Below the pieces are notes generated by a model. The model was not told the DNA's origin. It worked only from the letters and a program-made list of their open reading frames with translations, and made no database searches. Below are positions 1-9,013 of a DNA stretch of 64,000 bases, one piece after another. Within the stretch, counting starts at the first letter, position 1, and every line of letters begins with the position of its first letter. The translations under genes were made by a program, and so were the position numbers. Source of the stretch: Luteolibacter sp. (lineage in GTDB: Bacteria; Verrucomicrobiota; Verrucomicrobiia; Verrucomicrobiales; Akkermansiaceae); NCBI GenBank assembly GCA_039978775.1, contig JBDWAR010000023.1, positions 18,304 to 82,303 of the forward strand. Reading direction: 5' to 3'.

Positions 1-1124
1 TTTTCCTGGGTGATGAGTTCGTATTCGCCCGGGTGGTTTTTGAGGAGGCGGTCGATCTGCTCTTGGTTTTCCGAAGGGAGGATGGAACAGGTGGCGTATA
101 GGAGTTTGCCGCCGGGCTTGAGCATCTGCGGGTAGGTGGCGAGGAGCTCGGCCTGGATCGAGCGGACGCGCTCGAGGGCGGCGGGCTTGAGACGCCATTT
201 GAGATCCGGCTGGCGTTTGAGAGTGCCGAGGCCGGAGCAGGGTGAGTCGATGATCAGGGAGTCGGCGACGTTTTCGAAATCGGTGGGGGTGGTGGGGGTG
301 ATCGGTTTCGGGGAGATTTCGGTGGTGCGGGCGAGTTTGGCGCGCTTTTTGAGCTGCTGGAGCCTTTTCTCGTCGACGTCCATGGCGAAGATGCGGGCTT
401 GGTTGTTGGAGAGCGCGCAGAGATGCAGGGCTTTACCGCCGGCACCGGAACAGGCGTCGATGATCCTTTCGCCCGGTTGTGGATCGAGAAGGGGGGCGAT
501 GTGCTGGGAGGAGGGATCCTGGATTTCGATGCGGCCGTCGAGGCGGAGGGCTTTGGGGAGGATTTTGCCGGGAGGGAGGGCGAGGGCGTGGGGATATCCC
601 GCTACGGGTGTCGTTTCGACGCCGTTTTCCGCGAGCCATGCGGCGGCTTCCTCGACGGTGGCGAGGAGGGTGTTAACGCGGAGGAAAACGGAAGGTTTTT
701 GGTTGAGGGCGATGAGCTGGGGTTCCCAGAGATCGCCGAGTTCGGCGTGGCCGATCTGGTCGAGCCAATCGGGGATGGATTGGCGGATGGCGCGGGGTTG
801 ATCGGGAAGGGTTTCCTGGCGGGCGAGGATTTCATCGGCGGGCAGGCCGTTGTAGGAATGCCAGTCCGGGAGGTCGTAGCCCATGAGAATCCATTGGGCG
901 GTGATCAGGGAATTGGTTTCCTCGGAATCGACAAGGTAGGAGAGGGAGCGGCGCCAGCGGGTGACTTCGAAGAGGGTTTCGGCGACGAAGTTGCGGTCGC
1001 GCTTGCCCCATTTTTTGTTGTCCTCGAAGGCGGCGGCGAGCTCGTGGTCGAGTACGCGGTGGTTGATGAGGACGGATTTGGCGAGTTCGAGTGTGGAGTC
1101 GCAGAGGTGGCGGTGGAGGCGCAT
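1..1124 (-). CDS. RsmB/NOL1/NOP2/Sun family RNA m5C methyltransferase (3' end runs off window)
   Basis: Not in the ORF track; translated by hand from ATG at 1124 (MRLHRHLCDSTLELAK...). Contains IQDPSSQ, IIDACSGAGGKALHL, DSPCSGLGTLKRQPDLKW and LLYATCSILPSENQ motifs. Confidence 0.9.
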   Translation of the reverse strand, partial: MRLHRHLCDSTLELAKSVLINHRVLDHELAAAFEDNKKWGKRDRNFVAETLFEVTRWRRSLSYLVDSEETNSLITAQWILMGYDLPDWHSYNGLPADEILARQETLPDQPRAIRQSIPDWLDQIGHAELGDLWEPQLIALNQKPSVFLRVNTLLATVEEAAAWLAENGVETTPVAGYPHALALPPGKILPKALRLDGRIEIQDPSSQHIAPLLDPQPGERIIDACSGAGGKALHLCALSNNQARIFAMDVDEKRLQQLKKRAKLARTTEISPKPITPTTPTDFENVADSLIIDSPCSGLGTLKRQPDLKWRLKPAALERVRSIQAELLATYPQMLKPGGKLLYATCSILPSENQEQIDRLLKNHPGEYELITQE

Positions 1125-1129
1125 GATGT

Positions 1130-1161
1130 TAAATTTTAAGCACTGAACTCTAAATCCTAAG
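1130..1161. repeat. Degenerate 7-mer tandem repeat
   Basis: AAATTTT AAGCACT GAACTCT AAATCCT AAG immediately upstream of the 1124 start codon. Confidence 0.7.
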
Positions 1162-1236
1162 GAAGAGGAGGGTGGTGCGGGTGTGGTAGATGGGTGTGGA
1201 GGCGGGGGATGGTGGCTGGGGCAGTCGCGCTCCGGA

Positions 1237-1698
1237 TTAGAGTTTTGTGCCGGCGAGTTTGAGGACTCGGGTGAAATGCTTTTTCTCGACGGGAGTGATG
1301 GAGAGGCGGGTGCCTTTCTGGCAGACCAGCATTTCGGAGAGGATGGTGTCGTCCTTGAGGGTTTGGAGGGGGAGGAGTTCGTCGAAGGTGGCGATGTGTT
1401 CGAAATCGACGAGGTACCAGCGGGGTTTTTCCTCGGTGGCTTTCGGGTCGTAGTATTCGCCTTTTTTATCGAATTGGGTGGGGTCGGGGTAGGAAGCCGA
1501 AGCGACCTTGGCGACGCCTGAGATTCCGGGTGGTTTGGCGTTGGAGTGGTAGAAGAGGGCGAGGTCGCCGGGTTTCATGTCGTGCCACATGAAGTTGCGC
1601 GCCTGGTAGTTGCGAACGCCCGACCATGGCTCCTGCTCGACCTTTTCGAGATCCTGGATGGAGAAGACGTCGGGTTCGGATTTAATCAACCAGTTCAT
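1237..1698 (-). CDS. EVE domain protein (PUA-like)
   Basis: WLIKSEPDVFSI, W.GVRNYQARNFM, GDLALFYHSN, YPDPTQFD..YYDPK, RLSITPV are EVE hallmarks. Confidence 0.93.
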   Translation of the reverse strand: MNWLIKSEPDVFSIQDLEKVEQEPWSGVRNYQARNFMWHDMKPGDLALFYHSNAKPPGISGVAKVASASYPDPTQFDKKGEYYDPKATEEKPRWYLVDFEHIATFDELLPLQTLKDDTILSEMLVCQKGTRLSITPVEKKHFTRVLKLAGTKL

Positions 1699-1780
1699 GG
1701 GTAAATGCTGAAACGCTGAAATACTGAGAAGCTGAAATGGGAATGACGCTGATGGATTTCAGCGTTTCAGATTTTCAGCG
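1699..1780. repeat. Inverted pair of 8-mer (NNCTGAAA) tandem arrays
   Basis: TGCTGAAA CGCTGAAA TACTGAGA AGCTGAAA (1706-1737) faces TTTCAGCG TTTCAGAT TTTCAGCG (1757-1780); 1708-1722 is the exact reverse complement of 1756-1770. Confidence 0.8.
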
Positions 1781-2774
1781 TGTCCGGTTTTACGTTCCGC
1801 AGGACAGACAGGTGTTCGGGGCCGAGTTCGAGGCCGGATTGGGCGCGGAGATCGGATTCGATGGCGTCGAGGACATCGAGTTCCGGTTTGAAATCGGCGG
1901 CGTGATAGGAAGAGCGGACGAGCGGGCCGGATGCGCAGTGGCGGAAGCCTTTGGCGAGGGCGATTTCCTTGTATTCGGCGAATTTATCCGGGTGGATGAA
2001 ATCGACGACGGGGAGGTGCTTCGGGGTCGGGCGCAGGTATTGGCCGAGGGTGAGGACGGTGACGTCGTGGGCGAGCAGGTCGTCCATGGCGGAGAGGATT
2101 TCCTCGTGGCGTTCGCCGAGGCCGAGCATGATGCCGGATTTGGTGGCGACGTGGCCGTTGACCATTTGCTTGGCCTTTTTCAAGACGGTGAGGGAGCGCT
2201 GATACTTCGCACGGGAACGGACGAGCGGGGTGAGGCGTTCGACGGTTTCGAGGTTGTGGTTAAAGATGTGCGGGCGCGCATCCATGACGAGCTGGAGCGC
2301 CCAGTCGCGGTCGTTGAAATCGGGGACGAGGACTTCGATGATGATATCCGGGTTTACCTCGCGGACGGCGCGGATGGTTTCACGGAAATGCTCGGCTCCG
2401 CCGTCCTTGAGGTCGTCGCGGGCGACGGCGGTGATGACGATGTGCTTGAGGTTCATGCGCGAGGTGGCCTCGGCAATGCGGGCCGGCTCGTCGGACTCGA
2501 GGGCATCGGGTTTGGCAGTTTTGACGGCGCAGAAACCGCAGGCGCGGGTGCACTTGTCACCGGCGATCATGAAGGTGGCGGTGCCTTGTCCCCAGCATTC
2601 CCAGCGGTTCGGGCACTGGGCTTCCTCACACACGGTGACCAGCTTGAGGTCGGTGATGAGCGACTTGGTGGACCAGAAGGCGGGGTTGTTGGGCAGGCGG
2701 ACTTTGATCCAATCGGGTTTTTTCTCCCGGTGGAGGCTCGGATCCATCTTCATTTTGGGGCCACAGGCTGACAT
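1767..2774 (-). CDS. lipA: Lipoyl synthase
   Basis: KPDWIKVRLP, CEEAQCPNRWEC, CTRACGFC, FNHNLETV, GQYLRP, GPLVRSSYHA; start placed at ATG 2774. Confidence 0.97.
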   Translation of the reverse strand: MSACGPKMKMDPSLHREKKPDWIKVRLPNNPAFWSTKSLITDLKLVTVCEEAQCPNRWECWGQGTATFMIAGDKCTRACGFCAVKTAKPDALESDEPARIAEATSRMNLKHIVITAVARDDLKDGGAEHFRETIRAVREVNPDIIIEVLVPDFNDRDWALQLVMDARPHIFNHNLETVERLTPLVRSRAKYQRSLTVLKKAKQMVNGHVATKSGIMLGLGERHEEILSAMDDLLAHDVTVLTLGQYLRPTPKHLPVVDFIHPDKFAEYKEIALAKGFRHCASGPLVRSSYHAADFKPELDVLDAIESDLRAQSGLELGPEHLSVLRNVKPDTLKI

Positions 2775-2786
2775 GCGGGCCACCAT

Positions 2787-2885
2787 AAATTTCAAATGCC
2801 AAACTTCAACCCCCAACTCAGGTGACTACTCTAGCTGTTTTGTTGGGATTGGAGGTTGTCAGGTGAAAGTGGAAAATTGAGAGTT
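2787..2885. repeat. Two 7-mer arrays in opposite orientation in the lipA/murI divergent spacer
   Basis: AAATTTC AAATGCC AAACTTC AACCCCC (2787-2814) and GAAAGTG GAAAATT GAGAGTT (2865-2885). Confidence 0.5.
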
Positions 2886-2891
2886 GCCGAC

Positions 2892-3692
2892 GTGAAGCAA
2901 GCAGCGTTGGGATTTTTCGATTCGGGAGTGGGTGGATTGACCGTGGTGCGGGCGGTGCAGGATATGCTGCCGACTGAGGATCTGGTGTATCTGGGGGATA
3001 CGGCGCGGCTGCCCTATGGTTCGAAAAGTGCGGAGACGATCCGCCAATTCGCCCAGGAAGATGTGGATTTTCTGCTTTCGAAAGGGGTAAAAGCCATCGT
3101 TGTGGCCTGCAATACCGCCACGGCGCACGCTTTGCCTGAGTTTTGGAAGGATTGTCCGGTTCCGATCATGGGCGTGATTGCCCCAGGGGTGGAGGCGGCG
3201 CTGGCGGATGCGGGGACCGAGCGGATCGGGATTATTGCGACACGCGGGACGATCGATTCCCACGCCTATCAGCATGCGCTGGCGACCAAGCGCCGGGGGC
3301 TGAGGATTTACGGAGCGGCGACTCCGCTGCTGGTACCGTTGATCGAGGAGAACTGGATTTCCGAGGATGTGACCAAGCAGGTGCTCAGGAAATACCTCGA
3401 TCCACTGCTCGAAAAGGGAATCGACACCCTGATGCTCGGCTGCACGCACTACCCGCTGCTGATCCCGGTGCTGCAGGAAATGCTACCCGATGATGTGCGC
3501 TTGATCGATTCCGCGACGACCTGTGCCGAGCACCTCAAGAAGATGCTGGGGGACAAGGATTTGCTGCGGAGCGATGGGAACGACGGCGGGCTGGAGATCC
3601 ACCTGACGGACTTGTCGGAGCAGTTCGAAGACCTGGCGAAACGTTTCCTGAGACGGCCGACGGGTCGGGTTAGGCGCGCGGTGTTGGGCTAG
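2892..3692 (+). CDS. murI: Glutamate racemase
   Basis: GFFDSGVGGLTV, YLGDTARLPYGSKS, VACNTATA, LMLGCTHYPLL; probable GTG start at 2892. Confidence 0.96.
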   Translation: MKQAALGFFDSGVGGLTVVRAVQDMLPTEDLVYLGDTARLPYGSKSAETIRQFAQEDVDFLLSKGVKAIVVACNTATAHALPEFWKDCPVPIMGVIAPGVEAALADAGTERIGIIATRGTIDSHAYQHALATKRRGLRIYGAATPLLVPLIEENWISEDVTKQVLRKYLDPLLEKGIDTLMLGCTHYPLLIPVLQEMLPDDVRLIDSATTCAEHLKKMLGDKDLLRSDGNDGGLEIHLTDLSEQFEDLAKRFLRRPTGRVRRAVLG

Positions 3693-3693
3693 T

Positions 3694-3894
3694 TCAGCCG
3701 CCGGCGGCGAGGGTGACGATCTCCAGTTGATCTCCGGATTTGACCGGAGTGGTGGAGAAATCGGCGGGGCGTATGGCCTCGCGGTTGTGCTCTACGACCA
3801 CAGGTTTCCCGCCTAAGCCCAAAGATTCGAGCAGGGCGGTGAGGGTGGTTTCGTTTTCCAAGGGATGGGCTTGGCCGTTGAGTTGGATCGTCAT
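3694..3894 (-). CDS. thiS: Sulfur carrier protein ThiS
   Basis: 66 aa MTIQLNG...GDQLEIVTLAAGG with a C-terminal GG; last part of ORF 3694..4221. Confidence 0.93.
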   Translation of the reverse strand: MTIQLNGQAHPLENETTLTALLESLGLGGKPVVVEHNREAIRPADFSTTPVKSGDQLEIVTLAAGG

Positions 3895-3910
3895 GGTCTC
3901 GGGAAATATT

Positions 3911-5284
3911 TTAACGCCACTGGGATAGCTGTTCGGGGAAGGGACAGTTTGCGCAATCGCTGGAGTCCTCAAGGCAGAAATCGTGATAGAGCTGGAGCAA
4001 GGCCTGCTGGTGGGGGAGGCGACGGAGGAAAGGTTTCGCGTTTTCTTCGGTGCCGAAAAGGCGTACGCCGCAGCGCTTGAGCTTCTGGTTAATGGCGGAG
4101 TGACGGAGCTTGTAGTAGTCCGCGAAAGTGAAGCGCCCCTCGTGTATGGCGAGCGGGATGAGGTGGTTTGCGGAGAGCTCGAGCGCGAGGTTTTTTCCGA
4201 AAACAGAAATCGCCGTGCCACTGCGCACGGAGGTCAGGGTGTGGTGGTGCGACCAGAAAGGATGCTTGAGGCCGTGGAGGAAATCGGTGAGCGGCTTCAC
4301 GGAAAACGGCGATCCGAGCACGAGGCGGCGGAAGGTCGGCCACTGGCGCACCAGTTCCGAGAGTCCCCCGACGCGGCGGTGCGGGTGGTTCGCGGGGCGC
4401 TGGCCGTAAGTCCTCCAAGACGGCCGGCGGCTCTCCGGCGGCTCGTAGGAAGGGCGGATTTTCCACCAGGTCTCCCAGAGATCGATAAGGTAGGCGCGGG
4501 TGTCTTCGGGCGCGCGCTGGTGCAGGTCTGCATCGAGGAAGCCCGCCGTGCCGAGCAGGATCGCTTCCGCGTTGTCCGGATTTTCGCGCAGCGTGGCGAT
4601 GGGTGCCCGTTGCGCCAGCAGCTTCAATGGCAGGGAATTTCCGCCGTAGCCGAGGGTCTCGGCGGTGGCTTGGAAGAGGGCGGTATCGAAATCGTGGGCC
4701 TCGATCGTCTGGAGGAAACGGGTGGCTTTTTGCGAAGCACGCTGGACGGCGGCTTCCTTGAGCAGGCGTTCGATGGCGAGCTTCGGCATCCGTTTCAGCG
4801 GAGCGATGCAACGTCCCGGGATGGCGATCGCAGTCTCTCGCGAAGGCAGGCGCAGGGCTTCCGCGAGCTGCGCTGGAGTGATGAGGAGTTCGGGCACTTG
4901 GCGGTGGTTTGCGGTGCGCACGAAGGCATCGCGCATCATCGGCTCGAAGGTGACGTGGAGGATGGTGTTGGTGAAGGCCGGGTTGGTCGAGTGGCCGTGG
5001 CCTTCCCAGTCAGAGGTGCGCGAGTCGATTTCGAGATCACCGGTGAAATGGCAGCCATCGATCTCGATCGCCGCGTGGGCGAAGTCCGGGCCGGGGCCGT
5101 GGTTCCACTCGCCGAACTGGGTAATGCGCAGCGGTCTGCCGTCTTTGAGTCGGAAATCGCGCCCGAAGGCACCGGAGAACCAGAGTGCCTGGAGCTCAAG
5201 CTCGGGCGGGAGCTTGGGCGCGGCGACTTCCTCAAAGGCAAGCGGCGGGTGCCAGACACTCTCGTGGAGGAAGCCGTAATTCAT
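3911..5284 (-). CDS. DUF2851 family protein
   Basis: ELQALW, GEWNHGPGPDF, GDLEID, WEGHGHSTNPAF..TILHV, NHPHRR, Cys-rich C-terminus. Confidence 0.8.
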   Translation of the reverse strand: MNYGFLHESVWHPPLAFEEVAAPKLPPELELQALWFSGAFGRDFRLKDGRPLRITQFGEWNHGPGPDFAHAAIEIDGCHFTGDLEIDSRTSDWEGHGHSTNPAFTNTILHVTFEPMMRDAFVRTANHRQVPELLITPAQLAEALRLPSRETAIAIPGRCIAPLKRMPKLAIERLLKEAAVQRASQKATRFLQTIEAHDFDTALFQATAETLGYGGNSLPLKLLAQRAPIATLRENPDNAEAILLGTAGFLDADLHQRAPEDTRAYLIDLWETWWKIRPSYEPPESRRPSWRTYGQRPANHPHRRVGGLSELVRQWPTFRRLVLGSPFSVKPLTDFLHGLKHPFWSHHHTLTSVRSGTAISVFGKNLALELSANHLIPLAIHEGRFTFADYYKLRHSAINQKLKRCGVRLFGTEENAKPFLRRLPHQQALLQLYHDFCLEDSSDCANCPFPEQLSQWR

Positions 5285-5287
5285 GTG

Positions 5288-5318
5288 AAATCTTAAATTC
5301 TAAGCACTAAATCCTAAA
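5288..5318. repeat. Degenerate 7-mer tandem repeat
   Basis: AAATCTT AAATTCT AAGCACT AAATCCT AAA; shares two exact units with the 1130 array. Confidence 0.75.
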
Positions 5319-5329
5319 CAAAGAATAGC

Positions 5330-6985
5330 TCACTTCGGAGCCTTGGTGGGATCGGCGATGGGTGGCGGTGGAGGGTCTAGGATGTCGAGCCAGCCGCCGA
5401 TGGCGACTGCGCCGGAGATCGTGCCGTAGGTTGCCTGTGCTTCGCGCAGTGCGGCGATCGCGGCGGGCTTGTTGCCCTCGGTGCGGAGGATGGCGATGAG
5501 TTGAAGGTCTTGGCGCAGTTTTTCTTCCTTTTCGGTGAACATTTCCTTGGCCTTGCCCAGCCAGATGCGGGCGTTGCCGGTGTCCTTGGATTCGAGGAAA
5601 TCCAACGCCAGCCCCTCGGCAAGGATACCGGAGGAAAGTTTTTCTGCGGCGGAGGAGAGCTTGCTGCGGCGCAGTTCCGTATCGTTCGGCCACTCGCGGG
5701 AGGCGGCGGCGAGGGCGCGATAGTCGCGATCTTCATCGCGTTTTTCTCCGGTGCCATCGAGGTGGAGGAAAGGGCGGTAGAGCGGATCGCCGAGGACGAT
5801 GCCCTGCCATGATGCCACCGGCATGGCTGCCCATGAGGCTTCCGCAAGCGTCCAGCCTTTCAGAAGGCGGTCTTGAAGGATCTCGAAGTGGTGGGTGAGG
5901 TGCAGATAGGGCTCGTAAACATTTCCCACCGTCGCCGCCGCGCCACGGGTGAGCAACGGGCCGGACCAGTTTTTGTGAGGATCGGTGAGTTGCTGGGCGC
6001 TGAAAGAATGCAGGTGGATCGCAATCGCTCCCGGGCGGAACATGAACGACGGATTGAGGAAGGGACCGCTGACATTCCAATCATACCAGCCGTAATAAAT
6101 CGCGGCATCCGTCATCGGGTAATTTGTCGGCAGGGTGTCGTTGAAGCGGTCGGTGATCGTCGGGATGCCCACTTTCTGGTGCTGTGCGGCGATCTCGTTC
6201 AGCCACTGATCGCCTTGTGGGAACTTGTTGGCGACATCCACGTAGGCGCGCCCCCATAGGCCGGTTTTTTCCGTTTCGATCGCGTCGGCGATCATCTTCT
6301 TGCAGGTGATGTAAGCCGGGGCGTCGATGCGTGCGACCAGCACGAAGTAGGGTGCGTTGGCGGAGGCTAGCTCGATCTTGCTCTCGAAAAACGCGTTTTT
6401 CAGCACCCCTTTGGTGGGCAGTGTCTCCACCCCGAAGAGCGCCAGTTCCGAATCCACGGATGCCTCGTCGCGCGGGGCGATCGGATCGGCGGGTGGCTTG
6501 TCGCCTTCCTTCGGTGGGTCGACCGGTTCCGGCTTGATGCGCAGCGGCATGCCTTTCATCAGGACGATCGCGCGGATGCGATTGGAGGAGGGGAGCAGCA
6601 CGCCTTGGCGGTCGTTGGTGCGCTGCCAGTAGCCTTTGTCCTCAAATTCCTCACGGAGAGGCTTGAGGATCGTGTCGTTGAATTCCGCGCGGCTGATGTC
6701 CGCCTTGGCCGGAGGGTTGAGGCCGATGACCTGCGACGGCGGGATGTTACGAACGTCGCAGTAGTAGTTCGCCAAGCGTTCGGATTCAGGGTCGGCGTTG
6801 TTGAAGACCACCAGCACTTCTCTGGAGTTGAGCGGCCGGGAAATCGCCGGGAGCAGCAAGGCCGCGAAGGCGAGGGAGAGGATTACGGCCGTTTTTTTCC
6901 CGGAGGAAAGATGGGGGCAGGCGCTGAACATGAAGGAGAGAATGAACGCACGGCAGAATCTTGCAACCCAAAGGGGCACATGCAT
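5330..6985 (-). CDS. TIGR03790 family protein with C-terminal TPR-like region
   Basis: EVLVVFN...SERLANYY..VRNIP, ASVDSEL, VARIDAP, YYGWY, GAIAIHLHSFSA, GNVYEPYL, GDPLYRPF; true start may be 6931 or later. Confidence 0.8.
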   Translation of the reverse strand: MHVPLWVARFCRAFILSFMFSACPHLSSGKKTAVILSLAFAALLLPAISRPLNSREVLVVFNNADPESERLANYYCDVRNIPPSQVIGLNPPAKADISRAEFNDTILKPLREEFEDKGYWQRTNDRQGVLLPSSNRIRAIVLMKGMPLRIKPEPVDPPKEGDKPPADPIAPRDEASVDSELALFGVETLPTKGVLKNAFFESKIELASANAPYFVLVARIDAPAYITCKKMIADAIETEKTGLWGRAYVDVANKFPQGDQWLNEIAAQHQKVGIPTITDRFNDTLPTNYPMTDAAIYYGWYDWNVSGPFLNPSFMFRPGAIAIHLHSFSAQQLTDPHKNWSGPLLTRGAAATVGNVYEPYLHLTHHFEILQDRLLKGWTLAEASWAAMPVASWQGIVLGDPLYRPFLHLDGTGEKRDEDRDYRALAAASREWPNDTELRRSKLSSAAEKLSSGILAEGLALDFLESKDTGNARIWLGKAKEMFTEKEEKLRQDLQLIAILRTEGNKPAAIAALREAQATYGTISGAVAIGGWLDILDPPPPPIADPTKAPK

Positions 6986-7783
6986 TCAGCGGATTTCCAA
7001 TGGCACGCGCAGGCCATCGTAGGCCGGGGAGACTCCGGGTGGGAGTGAGGCGGCCAGCGTGGCGTGATCCAGATCGTGGCTCATGTGGGTCAGCAGAGTT
7101 TGCCCCGGTGCCAAGCGCTTGGAAATGGCCAACGCCTCCGGCAGGGAGAGGTGGGTTGCGTGGGGGTCCTCGCGCAGTGCATCGATCACTAACAGATCCA
7201 GCCCGCCGAGCATTTCCAAGGTGCTTTCCGGGATGGATTTCACATCCGGGAGGTAGGCAAAGCGGAAGCCATCCGGCATCACGAAAAGCAGGCCAACGGT
7301 CTCCACTCCGCCATGCGTGACAGGCAGAGGGGTCACGGAAATCTCACCAATGCGTATGCCTGTGCCCAGCGGGATCGGGTCCGGCTTGACGTAACCGCGG
7401 TGAATGTTGTCCGGGTGGAAAGCCCAGCCGAACATGGTTTTGAGCACTTTCAGGCAGGATTCCGTGGAGTAGAGCGGCAGCGGCTTGTCTTTCCCCCAGC
7501 AGAAGGCGCGCAGCTCATCGAAGCCCGCCACATGATCCACATGGCCGTGGGTGTAGACGATCGCATCGATCGAGGAAATGCCCTCCCGCAGCGCCTGCTC
7601 GCGCAGATCCGGGCCGGAATCCACCAAGATGCGCACCCCGCCGGACTCCACCGTGATCGAGGAGCGCGTGCGGTTGTTGCGCGGATCGGTGGATTTGCAG
7701 ACCGGGCAGCTACACCCAATCACAGGAACACCGACAGAAGTGCCGGTGCCCAGAAAAGTCAGGAAGCTATCGTGCGCTGGCAC
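6986..7783 (-). CDS. MBL-fold metallo-hydrolase (PhnP/YycJ-like)
   Basis: FLGTGTSVGVPVIGC.C.VC, THGHVDHVAG, THLS, THMSH. Confidence 0.92.
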   Translation of the reverse strand: MPAHDSFLTFLGTGTSVGVPVIGCSCPVCKSTDPRNNRTRSSITVESGGVRILVDSGPDLREQALREGISSIDAIVYTHGHVDHVAGFDELRAFCWGKDKPLPLYSTESCLKVLKTMFGWAFHPDNIHRGYVKPDPIPLGTGIRIGEISVTPLPVTHGGVETVGLLFVMPDGFRFAYLPDVKSIPESTLEMLGGLDLLVIDALREDPHATHLSLPEALAISKRLAPGQTLLTHMSHDLDHATLAASLPPGVSPAYDGLRVPLEIR

Positions 7784-7807
7784 GGAGTTCGTATGGGGGA
7801 GAGGGGA

Positions 7808-8248
7808 TTAGCTGCAGCAACCGCCACCGCCGCCGCCACCACCGCAGCAGCCACCGCCGCTATTTTCGGCTTCGGCGATTTCCTCATCGCTAGGCACGCG
7901 GCCCAGCTCCAAGGTCATCGAGACGTATTTGCCGATCTGCTTCTGCATCGTCTCCAGTGTGCGCTGAGCGTCCATGAAATCGGATGCGGTCTTGTTTTCG
8001 AAAAGCGCATCGCGTGCGTCCTCGAAGGATTTGATCTCCGCTGCGCCCAGTTCCACACCGGCGTGCTGCTTGTGGTGAAGTTCCTCGCCTTTCTCGTGCA
8101 CCGTCTGATATTGCAGCTTCGCGACATCGTCGTTGAGGAAGCGCTCCACATCGGCTTGGAGTTTGATGAATTTTTCGTCAGTCGCGATGCTTTCGCAAAG
8201 TTCCTTGGTTTTCGAGATAATGGACGTTCTTTCGGCAAGCATGCTCAT
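7808..8248 (-). CDS. YlbF/YmcA (Com_YlbF) family regulator with Cys/Gly-rich tail
   Basis: Helical ~145 aa protein (ELHHKQHAG..., ASDFMDAQRTL) ending GGGCCGGGGGGGGCCS. Confidence 0.65.
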   Translation of the reverse strand: MSMLAERTSIISKTKELCESIATDEKFIKLQADVERFLNDDVAKLQYQTVHEKGEELHHKQHAGVELGAAEIKSFEDARDALFENKTASDFMDAQRTLETMQKQIGKYVSMTLELGRVPSDEEIAEAENSGGGCCGGGGGGGGCCS

Positions 8249-8367
8249 GACTTGAGTGGTAGGACGGGAACCGGCGCGGTGCAATGCCGATTTTTCCGAA
8301 AAATCCCGCCCTTCGTATTGTGATCGCGCCCAATCCGTGGGAGATTTATCCCACTGTGCTGCTGGGA

Positions 8368-8604
8368 ATGACCGAATCCGATGGGCTTGCGCTGGCCATG
8401 GCCTGCGTGATGGGCACCGCTTTTGTCGTCATCGCCACCCTCCTCTTCTGCATCATCCGCAATGCCTCCAAGCGCGATCCCGAAGTGGACGATCTCATCG
8501 AAGAGGTTGAACAGGAGGAAAAAGCCGGCCGCGAGAAGAAACCCGCCGGCAAGGTGAAGGAACGCGAGGACTGGGAAAAGGACGGCGATTGGTGGAAGCA
8601 GTAG
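8368..8604 (+). CDS. Small single-pass membrane protein
   Basis: MTESDG + hydrophobic ALAMACVMGTAFVVIATLLFCII, charged tail ending WEKDGDWWKQ. Confidence 0.6.
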   Translation: MTESDGLALAMACVMGTAFVVIATLLFCIIRNASKRDPEVDDLIEEVEQEEKAGREKKPAGKVKEREDWEKDGDWWKQ

Positions 8605-8640
8605 GTAAATGCTGAAAGGCTGAAAACTGAAACGCTGAAA
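8604..8640. repeat. 8-mer (NNCTGAAA) array
   Basis: GGTAAA TGCTGAAA GGCTGAAA ACTGAAA CGCTGAAA directly after the stop codon; first 14 nt are identical to 1700-1713. Confidence 0.75.
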
Positions 8641-9013
8641 GATCTCTTGGTCAGTAGGTGGGGAGAATGCGGTGCAAAGCCGTAAGCCGGCTCGGGATGG
8701 CATGTGTGCTAGTCAGTCGATGGAAGTCCCGTTTCCCACAATGTTGACGGAGCGATCCAAAACGATAGCTTCAGGAGCTGAACCAATTCCTCCGGATAGG
8801 GTGGTGCAGTTGTCTCAAAATGCACGAATCGGGGAGGAGCTTTGCACGGGATCGGGGCGGGGTGAGTCGAGATGGAGGGGGGGATAGCTGGTAGGCTAGG
8901 CAATGCTACGACTCCGGAAGATTGGTATGAGGCATGCGATGGATAAGGAAACGCAAGTTGGCTCAGCTGCACTTGTGTAAACCAGTAGTGCCGTTGTGCG
9001 GCGAAATCCTTCT

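Noticed and set aside
136-1139. Plus-strand ORFs 136..801 and 399..1139
   Set aside because: Antisense shadows of the minus-strand RsmB-family gene, which the track missed because its stop lies outside the window.
1737-2771. 344-aa plus-strand ORF and similar long ORFs (3983..5296, 7313..8323, 32349..33308, 53300..54514, 62585..63868)
   Set aside because: In-register antisense frames of well-supported genes; typical of high-GC codon bias, with no motifs.
8645-9010. 370-nt spacer with short ORFs and G-rich runs; considered as an ncRNA or decayed gene
   Set aside because: No recognisable RNA structure or convincing protein motif by eye.
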